From: Mobula hypostoma
Taxonomy: Eukaryota
Assembly (NCBI RefSeq): GCF_963921235.1
Contig: NC_086120.1
Coordinates: 9,238,001 to 9,302,000 of the forward strand
Length of the DNA: 64,000 nucleotides
Direction: 5' to 3'
Positions 12,001 to 27,000 of the stretch are shown piece by piece (within the stretch, counting starts at the first letter, position 1; each line of letters starts with the position of its first letter). Below the pieces are notes generated by a model. The model was not told where the DNA came from, ran no database searches, and worked only from the letters and a program-made list of their open reading frames with translations. Position numbers and translations under genes: made by a program.

Positions 12001-15000
12001 GGTACGGAGCTTGGCTGCCGGATCATCGAGGCTGGGGTACGGAGCTTGGCTGCGGGATCATCGAGGATGGGGTACTTGGAGCTTGGCTGCGGGATCATCG
12101 AGGCTGGGGTACTTGGATCTTGGCTACGGGATCATCGAGGCTGGGGTACTTGGAGCTTCGCTGCGGGATCATCGAGGCTGGGGTACTTGGAGCTTGGCTG
12201 CGGGATCATCGAGGCTGGGGTACGGAGCTTGGCTGCGGGATCATCGAGGCTGGGGTACGGAGCTTGGCTGCGGGATCACCGAGGCTGGGGTACGGAGCTT
12301 GGCTGCGGGATCATCGAGGCTGGGGTACTTGGAGCTTGGCTGCGGGATCATCGAGGCTGGGGTACGGAGCTTTGCTGCGGGATCATCCAGGCTGGGGTAC
12401 GGAGCTTGGCTGCGGGATCATCGAGGCTGTGGTACGGAGCTTGGCTGCGGGATCATCGAGGCTGGGGTACGGAACTTGGCTGCGGGATCATCGAGGCTGG
12501 GGAAATTGGAGCTTGGCTGCGGGATCATCGATGCTGGGGTACGGAACTTGGCTGCGGGATCATCGAGGCTGGGGTACTTGGAGCTTGGCTGCGGGATCAT
12601 CGAGGCTGGGGTACGGAGCTTTGCTGCTGGATCATCCAGGCTGGGGTACGGAGCTTGGCTGCGGGATCATCGAGGCTGGGGTACGGAGCTTGGCTGCGGG
12701 ATCATCGAGGCTGGGGTACGGAGCTTGGCTGCGGGATCATCGAGGCTGGGGTACTTGGAGCTTGGCTGCGGGATCATCGAGGCTGGGGTACGGAGCTTGG
12801 CTGCGGGATCATCGAGGCTGGGGTACGGAGCTTGGCTGCGGGATCATCGAGGCTAGGGTACGGAGCTTGGCTGCGGGATCATCGAGGCTGGGGTACGGAG
12901 CTTGGCTGCGGGATCATCGAGGCTGGGGTACGGAGTTTGGCTGCGGGATCATCGAGGCTGGGGTACGGGGCTTGGCTGCGGGATCATCGAGGCTGGGGTA
13001 CGGAGCTTGGCTGCGGGATCATCGAGGCTGGGGTACGGAGCTTGGCTGCGGGATCATCGAGGCTGGGGTACGGAGCTTGGCTGCGGGATCATCGAGGCTG
13101 GGGTACGGAGCTTGGCTGCGGGATCATCGAGGCTGGGGTTCTTGGAGCTTGGCTGCGGAATCATCGAGGCTGGGGTACGGAACTTGGCTGCGGGATCATC
13201 GAGGCTGGGGTTCTTAGAGCTTGGCTGCGGAATCATCGAGGCTGGGGTACTTGGAGCTCGGCTGCGGGGTTTTCGAGGCTTGGAGCTTGGCTGCGGGATC
13301 TTCAAGCTTGGGTTCTTGGAGCTTGGGTTCTTGGAGCTTGGCTGCGGGATCTTCAAGCTTGGGGTCTTGGAGCTCGGCTGCGGGGTCTTCGAGGCTTGGA
13401 GCTTGGCTGCGGGATCTTCAAGCTTGGGTTCTTGCAGCTTGGCTGCGGGATCTTCAAGCTTGGGTTCTTGGAGCTCGGCTGCGGCGTCTTCGAGGCTTGG
13501 AGCTTGGCTGCGGGATCATCGAGGCTGGGGTACGGAGCTTCGCTGCGGGATCATCGAGGCTGGGGTACGGAGCTTGGCTGCGGGATCATCGAGGCTGGGG
13601 TACGGAGCTTGGCTGCGGGATCATCGAGGCTGGGGTACGGAGCTTGGCTGCGGGATCATCGAGGCTGGGGTACTTCGATCTTGGCTACGGGATCATCGAG
13701 GCTGGGGTACTTGGAGCTTCGCTGCGGGATCATCGAGGCTGGGGTACGGAGCTTGGCTGCGGGATCATCGAGGCTGGGGTACTTGGAGCTTCGCTACGGG
13801 ATCATCGAGGCTGGGGTACGGAGCTTCGCTGAGGGATCATCGAGGCTGGGGTACGGAGCTTGGCTGCGGGATCATCGAGGCTCGGGTACTGAACTTGGCT
13901 GCGGGATCATCGAGGCTGGGGTACGGAGCTTGGCTGCGGGATCATCGAGGCTGGTGTACGGAGCTTCGCTGCGGGATCATCGAGGCTGGGGTACTGAGCT
14001 TGGCTGCGGGATCATCGAGGCTAGGGTACGGAGCTTGCCTGCGGGATCAACGATGCTGGGGTACGGAGCTTGGCTGCCGGATCATCGAGGCTGGGGTACG
14101 GAGCTTGGCTGCGGGATCATCGAGGCTGGGGTACTTGGAGCTTGGCTGCGGGATCATCGAGGCTGGGGTACTTGGATCTTGGCTACGGGATCATCGAGGC
14201 TGGGGTACTTGGAGCTTCGCTGATTGATCATCGAGGCTGGGGTACTTGGAGCTTGGCTGCGGGATCATCGAGGCTGGGGTACGGAGCTTTGCTGCGGGAT
14301 CATCCAGGCTGGGGTACGGAGCTTGGCTGCGGGATCATCGAGGCTGTGGTACGGAGCTTGGCTGCGGGATCATCGAGGCTGGGGTACGGAACTTGGCTGC
14401 GGGATCATCGAGGCTGGGGTACTTGGAGCTTGGCTGCGGGATCATCGATGTTGGGGTACGGAACTTGGCTGCGGGATCATCGAGGCTGGGGTACTTGGAG
14501 CTTGGCTGCGGGATCATCGAGGCTGGGGTACGGAGCTTTGCTGCGGGATCATCCAGGCTGGGGTACGGAGCTTGGCTGCGGGATCATCGAGGCTGTGGTA
14601 CGGAGCTTGGCTGCGGGATCATCGAGGCTGGGGTACGGAACTTGGCTGCGGGATCATCGAGGCTGGGGTACTTGGAGCTTGGCTGCGGGATCATCGAGGC
14701 TGGGGTACGGAGCTTGGCTGCGGGATCATCGAGGCTGGGGTACTGAGCTTGGCTGCGGGATCATCGAGGCTTGGGTACGGAGCTTGGCTGCGGGATCATC
14801 GAGGCTGGGGTACGGAGCTTGGCTGCGGGATCATCGAGGCTGGGGTACGGAGTTTAGCTGCGGGATCATCGAGGCTGGGGTACGGGGCTTGGCTGCGGGA
14901 TCATCGAGGCTGGGGTACGGAGCTTGGCTGCGGGATCATCGAGGCTGGGGTACTTGGAGTTTGGCTGCGGGATCATCGAGGCTGGGGTACGGGGCTTGGC

Positions 15001-18000
15001 TGCGGGATCATCGAGGCTGGGGTACGGAGCTTGGCTGCGGGATCATCGAGGCTGGGGTTCTTGGAGCTTGGCTGCGGAATCATCGAGGCTGGGGTACGGA
15101 ACTTGGCTGCGGGATCATCGAGGCTGGGGTTCTTAGAGCTTGGCTGCGGAATCATCGAGGCTGGGGTACTTGGAGCTCGGCTGCGGGGTTTTCGAGGCTT
15201 GGAGCTTGGCTGCGGGATCTTCAAGCTTGGGTTCTTGGAGCTTGGGTTCTTGGAGCTTGGCTGCGGGATCTTCAAGCTTGGGTTCTTGGAGCTCGGCTGT
15301 GGGCTCTTCGAGGCTTGGAGCTTGGCTGCGGGATCTTCAAGCTTGGGTTCTTGCAGCTTGGCTGCGGGATCTTCAAGCTTGGGTTCTTGGAGCTCGGCTG
15401 CGGCGTCTTCGAGGCTTGGAGCTTGGCTGCGGGATCATCGAGGCTGGGGTACGGAGCTTCGCTGCGGGATCATCGAGGCTGGGGTACGGAGCTTGGCTGC
15501 GGGATCATCGAGGCTGGGGTACGGAGCTTGGCTGCGGGATCATCGAGGCTGGGGTACGGAGCTTGGCTGCGGGATCATCGAGGCTGGGGTACTTCGATCT
15601 TGGCTACGGGATCATCGAGGCTGGGGTACTTGGAGCTTCGCTGCGGGATCATCGAGGCTGGGGTACGGAGCTTGGCTGCGGGATCATCGAGGCTGGGGTA
15701 CTTGGAGCTTCGCTACGGGATCATCGAGGCTGGGGTACGGAGCTTCGCTGCGGGATCATCGAGGCTGGGGTACGGAGCTTGGCTGCGGGATCATCGAGGC
15801 TGGGGTACGGAGCTTGGCTTTGGGATCATCGTGGCTGGGGTACGGAGCTTGGCTGCGGGATCATCGAGGCTGGGGTACGGAGCTTGGCTGCGGTTTCATC
15901 GAGGCTGGGGTACGGAGCTTGGCTGCGGGATCATCGAGGCTGGGGTACGGAGCTTGGCTGCGGGATCATCGAGGCTGGGGTACGGAGCTTGGCTGCGGGA
16001 TTATAGAGGCTGGGGTACGGAGCTTGGCTGCGGGATCATCGAGGCTGGGGTACGGAGCTTGGCTGCGGGATCATCGAGGCTGGGGTACGGAGCTTGCTTG
16101 CGGGATCATCGAGGCTGGGGTACTTGGAGCTTCGCTGCGGGATCATCGAGGCTGGGGTACTTGGAGCTTGGCTGCAGGATCATCGATGCTGGGGTACGGA
16201 GCTTGGCTGCGGGATCATCGAGGCTGGGGTACTGAGCTTGGCTGCGGGCTCATCGAGGCTGGGGTACGGAGCTTGGCTGCTGGATCATCGAGGCTGGGGT
16301 ACGGAGCTTGGCTGCGGGATCATCGAGGCTGGGGTACGGAGCTTGGCTGCGGGATCATCGAGGCTGGGGTACGGAGCCTGGCTGCGGGATCATCGAGGCT
16401 GGGGTACGGAGCTTGGCTGCGGGATCATCGAAGCTGGGGTACGGAGCTTGGCTGCGGGATCATCGAGGCTGGGGTAAGGAGCTTGGCTGCGGGATCATCG
16501 AGGCTGGGGTACTGAGCTTGGCTGCGGGATCATCGAGGCTGGGGTACGGAGCTTGGCTGTGGGATCATCGAGGCTGGGGTACGGAGCTTGGCTGCGGGAT
16601 CAACGAGGCTGGGTTACGGAGCTTGGCTGCGGGATCATCGAGGCTGGGGTACGGAGCTTGGCTGCGGGATCATCGAGGCTGGGGTACTTAGCTTGGCTGC
16701 GGGATCATCGAGGCTGGGGTACGGAGCTTGGCTGCGGGATCATCGAGGCTGGGGTACGGAGCTTTGCTGCGGGATCATCCAGGCTGGGGTACGGAGCTTG
16801 GCTGCGGGATCATCGAGGCTGTGCTACGGAGCTTGGCTGCGGGATCATCGAGGCTGGGGTACGGAACTTGGCTGCGGGATCATCGATGCTGGGGTACTTG
16901 GAGCTTGGCTGCGGGATCATCGAGGCTGGGGTACGGAGCTTTGCTGCGGGATCATCCAGGCTGGGGTACAGAGCTTGGCTGCGGGATCATCGAGGCTGTG
17001 GTACGGAGCTTGGCTGCGGGATCATCGAGGCTGGGGTACGGAACTTGGCTGCGGGATCATCGAGGCTGGGGTACTTGGAGCTTGGCTGCGGGATCATCCA
17101 GGCTGGGGTACGGAGCTTGGCTGCGGGATCATCGAGGCTGGGGTACTGAGCTTGGCTGCGGGATCATCGAGGCTAGGGTACGGAGCTTGGCTGCGGGATC
17201 ATCGAGGCTGGGGTACGGAGCTTGGCTGCGGGATCATCGAGGCTGGGGTACGGAGTTTGGCTGCGGGATCATCGAGGCTGGGGTACGGGGCTTGGCTGCG
17301 GGATCATCGAGGCTGGGGTACGGAGCTTGGCTGCGGGATCATCGAGGCAGGGGTTCTTGGAGCTTGGCTGCGGAATCATCGAGGCTGGGGTACGGAACTT
17401 GGCTGCGGGATCATCGAGGCTGGGGTTCTTAGAGCTTGGCTGCGGAATCATCGAGGCTGGGGTACTTGGAGCTCGGCTGCGGGGTTTTCGAGGCTTGGAG
17501 CTTGGCTGCGGGATCTTCAAGCTTGGGTTCTTGGAGCTTGGGTTCTTGGAGCTTGGCTGCGGGATCTTCAAGCTTGGGGTCTTGGAGCTCGGCTGCGGGG
17601 TCTTCGAGGCTTGGAGCTTGGCTGCGGGATCTTCAAGCTTGGGTTCTTGCAGCTTGGCTGCGGGATCTTCAAGCTTGGGTTCTTGGAGCTCGGCTGCGGC
17701 GTCTTCGAGGCTTGGAGCTTGGCTGCGGGATCATCGAGGCTGGGGTACGGAGCTTGGCTGCGGGATCATCGAGGCTGGGGTACGGAGCTTGGCTGCGGGA
17801 TCATCGAGGCTGGGGTACGGAGCTTGGCTGCGGGATCATCGAGGCTGGGGTACGGAGCTTGGCTGCGGGATCATCGAGGCTGGGGTACGGAGCTTGGCTG
17901 CGGGATCATCGAGGCTGGGGTACGGAGCTTGGCTGCGGGATCATCGAGGCTGGGGTACTTGGAGCTTGGCTGCGGGATCATCGAGGCTGGGGTACTTGGA

Positions 18001-21000
18001 TCTTGGCTACGGGATCATCGAGGCTGGGGTACTTGGAGCTTCGCTGCGGGATCATCGAGGCTCGGGTACGGACCTTGGCTGCGGGATCATCGAGGCTGGG
18101 GTACTTGGAGCTTCGCTACGGGATCATCGAGGCTGGGGTACGGAGCTTCGCTGAGGGATCATCGAGGCTGGGGTACGGAGCTTGGCTGCGGGATCATCGA
18201 GGCTGGGGTACTGAGCTTGGCTGCGGGATCATCGAGGCTGGGGTACGGAGCTTGGCTGCGGGATCATCGAGGCTGGGGTACGGAGCTTGGCTGCGGGATC
18301 ATCGAGGCTGGGAAACGGAGCTTGGCTGCGGGATCATCGAGGCTGGGGTACGGAGCTTGGCTGCGGGATCATCGAGGCTGGGGTACGGAGCTTGGCTGCG
18401 GGATCATCGAGGCTGGGGTACGGAGCTTGGCTGCGGGATCATCGAGGCTGGGGTACGGAGCATGGCTGCGGGATCATCGAGGCTGGGGTACGGAGCTTGG
18501 CTGCGGGATCATCGAGGCTGGGGTACGGAGCTTGGCTGCGTTATCATCGAGGCTGGGGTACGGAGCTTGGCTGCGGGATCATCGAGGCTGGGGTACGGAG
18601 CTTGGCTGCGGGATCATCGAGGCTGGGGTACGGAGCTTGGCTGCGGGATCATCGAGGCTGGGGTACGGAGCTTGGCTGCGGGATCATCGAGGCTGGGGTA
18701 CGGAGCTTGGCTGCGGGATCATCGAGGCCGGGGTACTTAGCTTGGCTGCGGGATCATCGAGGCTGGGGTACGGAGCTTGGCTGCGGGATCATCGAGTCTG
18801 GGGTACGGAGCTTGGCTGCGGGATCATCGAGGCTGGGGTACGGAGCTTGGCTGCGGGATCATCGAGGCTGGGGTACGGAGCTTGGCTGCGGGATCATCGA
18901 GGCTGGGGTACGGAGCTTGGCTGCGGGATCATCGAGGCTGGGGTACTGAGCTTGGCTGCGGGATCATCGAGGCTGGGGTACGGAGCTTGGCTGCGGGATC
19001 ATCGAGGCTGGGGTACGGAGCTTGGCTGCGGGATCATCGAGGCTGGGGTACGGAGCTTGGCTGCGGGATCATCGAGGCTGGGGTACGGAGCTTGGCTGCG
19101 GGATCATCGAGGCTGGGGTACTTGGAGCTTGGCTGCGGGATCATCGAGGCTGGGGTACGGAGCTTGGCTGCGGGATCATCGAGGCTGGGGTAATTGGAGC
19201 TTCGCTGCGGGATCATCGAGGCTGGGGTACGGAGCTTGGCTGCGGGATCATCGAGGCTGGGGTACTGAGCTTGGCTGCGGGATCATCGAGGCTAGGGTAC
19301 GGAGCTTGGCTGCGGGATCATCGAGGCTGGGGTACGGAGCTTGGCTGCGGGATCATCGAGGCTGGGGTACGGAGCTTGGCTGCGGGATCATCGAGGCTGG
19401 GGTACGGAGCTTGGCTGCGGGATCATCGAGGCTGGGGTACGGAGCTTGGCTGCGGGATCATCGAGGCTGGGGTACGGAGCTTGGCTGCGGGATCATCTAG
19501 GCTGGGGTACGGAGCTTGGCTGCGGGATCATCGAGGCTGGGGTACGGAGCTTGGCTGCGGGATCACCGAGGCTGGGGTACGGAGCTTGGCTGCGGGATCA
19601 TCGAGGCTGGGGTACTTGGAGTTTGGCTGCGGAATCATCGAGGCTGGGGTACGGAGCTTGGCTGCGGGATCATCGAGGCTGGGGTTCTTGGAGCTTGGCT
19701 GCGGAATCATCGAGGCTGGGGTACTTGGAGCTCGGCTGCGGGGTCTTCGAGGCTTGGAGCTTGGCTGCGGGAGCTTCAAGCTTGGGTTCTTGGAGCTTGG
19801 CTGCGGGATCTTCAAGCTTGGGTTCTTGGAGCTCGGCTGCGGGGTCTTCGAGGCTTGGAGCTTGGCTGCGGGATCATCGAGGCTGGGGTACGGAGCTTGG
19901 CTGCGGGATCATCGAGGCTGGGGTACGGAGCTTGGCTGCGGGATCATCGAGGCTGGGGTACGGAGCTTCGCTGCGGGATCATCGAGGCTGGGGTACGGAG
20001 CTTGGCTGCGGGATCATCGAGGCTGGGGTACGGAGCTTGGCTGCGGGATCATCGAGGCTGGGGTACTGAGCTTGGCTGCGGGATCATCGAGGCTGTGGTA
20101 CTGAGCTTGGCTGCGGGATCATCGAGGCTGGGGTACGGAGCTTGGCTGCGGGATCATCGAGGCTGGGGTACGGAGCATGGCTGCGGGATCATCGAGGCTG
20201 GGGTACGGAGCTTGGCTGCGGGATCATCGAGGCTGGGGTACGGAGCTTCGCTGCGGGATCATCGAGGCTGGGGTACGGAGCTTGGCTGCGGGATCATCGA
20301 GGCTGAGGTACGGAGCTTGGCTGCGGGATCATCGAGACTGGGGTACGGAGCCTGGCTGCGGGATCATCGAGGCTGGGGTACGGAGCTTGGCTGCGGGATC
20401 ATCGAGGCTGGGGTACGGAGCTTGGCTGCGGGATCACCGAGGCTGGGGTACGGAGCTTGGCTGCGGGATCATCTAGGCTGGGGTACGGAGCTTGGCTGCG
20501 GGATCATCGAGGCTGGGGTACGGAGCTTGGCTGCGGGATCACCGAGGCTGGGGTACGGAGCTTGGCTGCGGGATCATCGAGGCTGGGGTACTTGGAGTTT
20601 GGCTGCGGGATCATCGAGGCTGGGGTACGGGGCTTGGCTGCGGGATCATCGAGGCTGGGGTACGGAGCTTGGCTGCGGGATCATCGAGGCTGGGTTTCTT
20701 GGAGCTTGGCTGCGGAATCATCGAGGCTGGGGTACGGAGATTGGCTGCGGGTTCATCGAGGCTGGGGTTCTTGGAGCTTGGCTGCGGAATCATCGAGGCT
20801 GGGGTACTTGGAGCTCGGCTGCGAGGTTTTCGAGACTTGGAGCTTGGCTGCGGGATCTTCAAGCTTGGGTTCTTGGAGCTTGGCTGCGGGATCTTCAAGC
20901 TTGGGTTCTTGGAGCTCGGCTGCGGAGTCTTCGAGGCTTGGAGCTTGGCTGCGGGATCTTCAAGCTTGGGTTCTTGGAGCTTGGCTGCGGGATCTTCAAG

Positions 21001-24000
21001 CTTGGGTTCTTGGAGCTCGGCTGCGGGGTCTTCGAGGCTTGGAGCTTGGCTGCGGGATCATCGAGGCTGGGGTACGGAGCTTGGCTGCGGGATCATCGAG
21101 GCTGGGGTACGGAGCTTGGCTGCGGGATCATCGAGGCTGGGGTACGGAGCTTGGCTGCGGGATCATCGAGGCTGGGGTCCGGAGCTTGGCTGCGGGATCA
21201 TCGAGGCTGGGGTACGGAGCTTGGCTGCGGGATCATCGAGGCTGGGGTACGGAGCTTGGCTGCGGGATCATCGAGGCTGGGGTACGGAGCTTGGCTGCGG
21301 GATCATCGAGGCTGGGGTACGGAGCTTGGCTGCGGGATCATCGAGGCTGGGGTACGGAGCTTGGCTGCGGGATCATCGAGGCTGGGGTACGGAGCTTGGC
21401 TGCGGGATCATCGAGGCTGGGGTCCGGAGCTTGGCTGCGGGATCATCGAGGCTGGGGTACGGAGCTTGGCTGCGGGATCATCGAGGCTGGGGTGCGGAGC
21501 TTGGCTGCGGGATCATCGAGGCTGGGGTACGGAGCTTGGCTGCGGGATCATCGAGGCTGGGGTACTGAGCTTGGCTGCGGGATCATCGAGGCTGGTGTAC
21601 GGAGCTTCGCTGCGGGATCATCGAGGCTGGGGTACTGAGCTTGGCTGCGGGATCATCGAGGCTGGGGTACGGAGCTTGCCTGCGGGATCAACGAGGCTGG
21701 GGTACGGAGCTTGGCTGCCGGATCATCGAGGCTGGGGTACGGAGCTTGGCTGCGGGATCATCGGGGCTGGGGTACTTGGAGCTTGGCTGCGGGATCATCG
21801 AGGCTGGGGTACTTGGATCTTGGCTACGGGATCATCGAGGCTGGGGTACTTGGAGCTTCGCTGCGGGATCATCGAGGCTGGGGTACTTGGAGCTTGGCTG
21901 CGGGATCATCGAGGCTGGGGTACGGAGCTTGGCTGCGGGATCATCGAGGCTGGGGTACGGAGCTTGGCTGCGAGATCACCGAGGCTGGGGTACGGAGCTT
22001 GGCTGCGGGATCATCGAGGCTGGGGTACCTGGAGCTTGGCTGCGGGATCATCGAGGCTGGGGTACGGAGCCTGGCTGCGGGATCATCGAGGCTGGGGTAC
22101 GGAGCTTGGCTGCGGGATCATCGAGGCTGGGGTACGGAGCTTGGCTGCGGGATCACCGAGGCTGGGGTACGGAGCTTGGCTGCCGGATCATCTAGGCTGG
22201 GGTACGGAGCTTGGCTGCGGGATCACCGAGGCTGGGGTACGGAGCTTGGCTGCGGGATCATCGAGGCTGGGGTACTTGGAGTTTGGCTGCGGGATCATCG
22301 AGGCTGGGGTACGGGGCTTGGCTGCGGGATCATCGAGGCTGGGGTACGGAGCTTGGCTGCGGGATCATCGAGGCTGGGGTTCTTGGAGCTTGGCTGCGGA
22401 ATCATCGAGGCTGGGGTACGGATCTTGGCTGCGGGATCATAGAGGCTGGGGTTCTTGGAGCTTGGCTGCGGGATCATCGAGGCTGGGGTACTTGGAGCGT
22501 GGCTGCGGGATCATCGAGGCTGGGGTACGGAGCTTGGCTGCGGGATCATCGAGGCTGTGGTACTGAGCTTGGCTGCGGGATCATCGAGGCTGGGGTACGG
22601 AGCTTGGCTGCGGGATCATCGAGGCTGGGGTACGGAGCTTGGCTGCGGGATCATCGAGGCTGGGGTACGGAGCTTGGCTGCGGGATCATCGAGGCTGGGG
22701 TACGGAGCTTGGCTGCGGGATCATCGAGGCTGGGGTACGGAGCTTGGCTGCGGGATCATCGAGGCTGGGGTACGGAGCTTGGCTGCGGGATCATCGAGGC
22801 TGGGGTACGGAGCTTGGCTGCGGGATCATCGAGGCTGGGGTACGGAGCTTGGCTGCGGGATCATCGAGGCTGGGGTCCGGAGCTTGGCTGCGGGATCATC
22901 GAGGCTGGGGTACGGAGCTTGGCTGCGGGATCATCGAGGCTGGGGTGCGGAGCTTGGCTGCGGGATCATCGAGGCTGGGGTACGGAGCTTGGCTGCGGGA
23001 TCATCGAGGCTGGGGTACTGAGCTTGGCTGCGGGATCATCGAGGCTGGTGTACGGAGCTTCGCTGCGGGATCATCGAGGCTGGGGTACTGAGCTTGGCTG
23101 CGGGATCATCGAGGCTGGGGTACGGAGCTTGCCTGCGGGATCAACGAGGCTGGGGTACGGAGCTTGGCTGCCGGATCATCGAGGCTGGGGTACGGAGCTT
23201 GGCTGCGGGATCATCGCGGCTGGGGTACTTGGAGCTTGGCTGCGGGATCATCGAGGCTGGGGTACTTGGATCTTGGCTACGGGATCATCGAGGCTGGGGT
23301 ACTTGGAGCTTCGCTGCGGGATCATCGAGGCTGGGGTACTTGGAGCTTGGCTGCGGGATCATCGAGGCTGGGGTACGGAGCTTGGCTGCGGGATCATCGA
23401 GGCTGGGGTACGGAGCTTGGCTGCGAGATCACCGAGGCTGGGGTACGGAGCTTGGCTGCGGGATCATCGAGGCTGGGGTACTTGGAGCTTGGCTGCGGGA
23501 ACATCGAGGCTGGGGTACGGAGCCTGGCTGCGGGATCATCGAGGCTGGGGTACCGAGCTTGGCTGCGGGATCATCGAGGCTGGGGTACGGAGCTTGGCTG
23601 CGGGATCACCGAGGCTGGGGTACGGAGCTTGGCTGCCGGATCATCTAGGCTGGGGTACGGAGCTTGGCTGCGGGATCACCGAGGCTGGGGTACGGAGCTT
23701 GGCTGCGGGATCATCGAGGCTGGGGTACTTGGAGTTTGGCTGCGGGATCATCCAGGCTGGGGTACGGGGCTTGGCTGCGGGATCATCGAGGCTGGGGTAC
23801 GGAGCTTGGCTGCGGGATCATCGAGGCTGGGGTTCTTGGAGCTTGGCTGCGGAATCATCGAGGCTGGGGTACGGATCTTGGCTGCGGGATCATCGAGGCT
23901 GGGGTTCTTGGAGCTTGGCTGCGGAATCATCGAGGCTGGGGTACTTGGAGCTCGGCTGCGGGGTTTTCGAGGCTTGGAGCTTGGCTGCGGGATCTTCAAG

Positions 24001-27000
24001 CTTGGGTTCTTGGAGCTTGGCTGCGGGATCTTCAAGCTTGGGTTCTTGGAGCTCGGCTGCGGGGTCTTCGAGGATTGGAGCTTGGCTGCGGGATCTTCAA
24101 GCTTGGGTTCTTGGAGCTTGGCTGCGGGATCTTCAAGCTTGGGTTCTTGGAGCTCGGCTGCGGGGTCTTCGAGGCTTGGAGCTTGGCTGCGGGATCATCG
24201 AGGCTGGGGTACGGAGCTTGGCTGCGGGATCATCGAGGCTGGGGTACGCAGCTTGGCTGCGGTATTATCGAGGCTGGGGTACGGAGCTTGGCTGCGGGAT
24301 CATCGAGGCTGGGGTACGGAGCTTGGCTGCGGGATCATCGAGGCTGGGGTACGGAGCTGGGCTGCGGGATCATCGAGGCTGGGGTACGGAGCTTGGCTGC
24401 GGGATCATCGAGGCTGGGGTACTTGGAGCTTGGCTGCGGGATCATCGAGGCTGGGGTACTTGGAGCGTGGCTGCGGGATCATCGAGGCTGGGGTACGGAG
24501 CTTGGCTGCGGGATCATCGAGGCTGTGGTACTGAGCTTGGCTGCGGGATCATCGAGGCTGGGGTACGGAGCTTGGCTGCGGGATCATCGAGGCTGGGGTA
24601 CGGAGCTTGGCTGCGGGATCATCGAGGCTGGGGTACGGAGCTTGGCTGCGGGATCATCGAGGCTGGGGTACGGAGCTTGGCTGCGGGATCATCGAGGCTG
24701 GGGTACGGAGCTTGGCTGCGGGATCATCGAGGCTGGGTTACGGAGCTTGGCTGCGGGATCATCGAGGCTGGGGTACGGAGCTTGGCTGCGGGATCATCGA
24801 GGCTGGGGTACGGAGCTTGGCTGCGGGATCATCGAGGCTGGGGTCCGGAGCTTGGCTGCGGGATCATCGAGGCTGGGGTACGGAGCTTGGCTGCGGGATC
24901 ATCGAGGCTGGGGTGCGGAGCTTGGCTGCGGGATCACCGAGGCTGGGGTACGGAGCTTGGCTGCCGGATCATCTAGGCTGGGGTACGGGGCTTGGCTGCG
25001 GGATCATCGAGGCTGGGGTACGGAGCTTGGCTGCGGGATCATCGAGGCTGGGGTTCTTGGAGCTTGGCTGCGGAATCATCGAGGCTGGGGTACGGATCTT
25101 GGCTGCGGGATCATCGAGGCTGGGGTTCTTGGAGCTTGGCTGCGGAATCATCGAGGCTGGGGTACTTGGAACTCGGCTGCGGGGTTTTCGAGGCTTGGAG
25201 CTTGGCTGCGGGATCTTCAAGCTTGGGTTCTTGGAGCTTGGCTGCGGGATCTTCAAGCTTGGGTTCTTGGAGCTCGGCTGCGGGGTCTTCGAGGATTGGA
25301 GCTTGGCTGCGGGATCTTCAAGCTTGGGTTCTTGGAGCTTGGCTGCGGGATCTTCAAGCTTGGGTTCTTGGAGCTCGGCTGCGGGGTCTTCGAGGCTTGG
25401 AGCTTGGCTGCGGGATCATCGAGGCTGGGGTACGGAGCTTGGCTGCGGGATCATCGAGGCTGGGGTACGCAGCTTGGCTGCGGTATTATCGAGGCTGGGG
25501 TACGGAGCTTGGCTGCGGGATCATCGAGGCTGGGGTACGGAGCTTGGCTGCGGGATCATCGAGGCTGGGGTACGGAGCTTGGCTGCGGGATCATCGAGGC
25601 TGGGGTACGGAGCTTGGCTGCGGGATCATCGAGGCTGGGGTACTTGGAGCTTGGCTGCGGGATCATCGAGGCTGGGGTACTTGGAGCGTGGCTGCGGGAT
25701 CATCGAGGCTGGGGTACGGAGCTTGGCTGCGGGATCATCGAGGCTGTGGTACTGAGCTTGGCTGCGGGATCATCGAGGCTGGGGTACGGAGCTTGGCTGC
25801 GGGATCATCGAGGCTGGGGTACGGAGCTTGGCTGCGGGATCATCGAGGCTGGGGTACGGAGCTTGGCTGCGGGATCATCGAGGCTGGGGTACGGAGCTTG
25901 GCTGCGGGATCATCGAGGCTGGGGTACGGAGCTTGGCTGCGGGATCATCGAGGCTGGGGTACGGAGCTTGGCTGCGGGATCATCGAGGCTGGGGTACGGA
26001 GCTTGGCTGCGGGATCATCGAGGCTGGGGTACGGAGCTTGGCTGCGGGATCATCGAGGCTGGGGTCCGGAGCTTGGCTGCGGGATCATCGAGGCTGGGGT
26101 ACGGAGCTTGGCTGCGGGATCATCGAGGCTGGGGTGCGGAGCTTGGCTGCGGGATCATCGAGGCTGGGGTACGGAGCTTGGCTGCGGGATCATCGAGGCT
26201 GGGGTACTGAGCTTGGCTGCGGGATCATCGAGGCTGGTGTACGGAGCTTCGCTGCGGGATCATCGAGGCTGGGGTACTGAGCTTGGCTGCGGGATCATCG
26301 AGGCTGGGGTACGGAGCTTGCCTGCGGGATCAACGAGGCTGGGGTACGGAGCTTGGCTGCGGGATCATCGAGGCTGGGGTACGGAGCTTGGCTGCGGGAT
26401 CATCGAGGCTGGGGTACGGAGCTTGGCTGCGGGATCATCGAGGCTGGGGTTCTTGGAGCTTGGCTGCGGAATCATCGAGGCTGGGGTACGGATCTTGGCT
26501 GCGGGATCATCGAGGCTGGGGTTCTTGGAGCTTGGCTGCGGGATCATCGAGGCTGGGGTACTTGGAGCGTGGCTGCGGGATCATCGAGGCTGGGGTACGG
26601 AGCTTGGCTGCGGGATCATCGAGGCTGTGGTACTGAGCTTGGCTGCGGGATCATCGAGGCTGGGGTACGGAGCTTGGCTGCGGGATCATCGAGGCTGGGG
26701 TACGGAGCTTGGCTGCGGGGATCATCGAGGCTGGGGTACGGAGCTTGGCTGCGGGATCATCGAGGCTGGGGTACGGAGCTTGGCTGCGGGATCATCGAGG
26801 CTGGGGTACGGAGCTTGGCTGCGGGATCATCGAGGCTGGGGTACGGAGCTTGGCTGCGGGATCATCGAGGCTGGGGTACGGAGCTTGGCTGCGGGATCAT
26901 CGAGGCTGGGGTACTGAGCTTGGCTGCGGGATCATCGAGGCTGGTGTACGGAGCTTCGCTGCGGGATCATCGAGGCTGGGGTACTGAGCTTGGCTGCGGG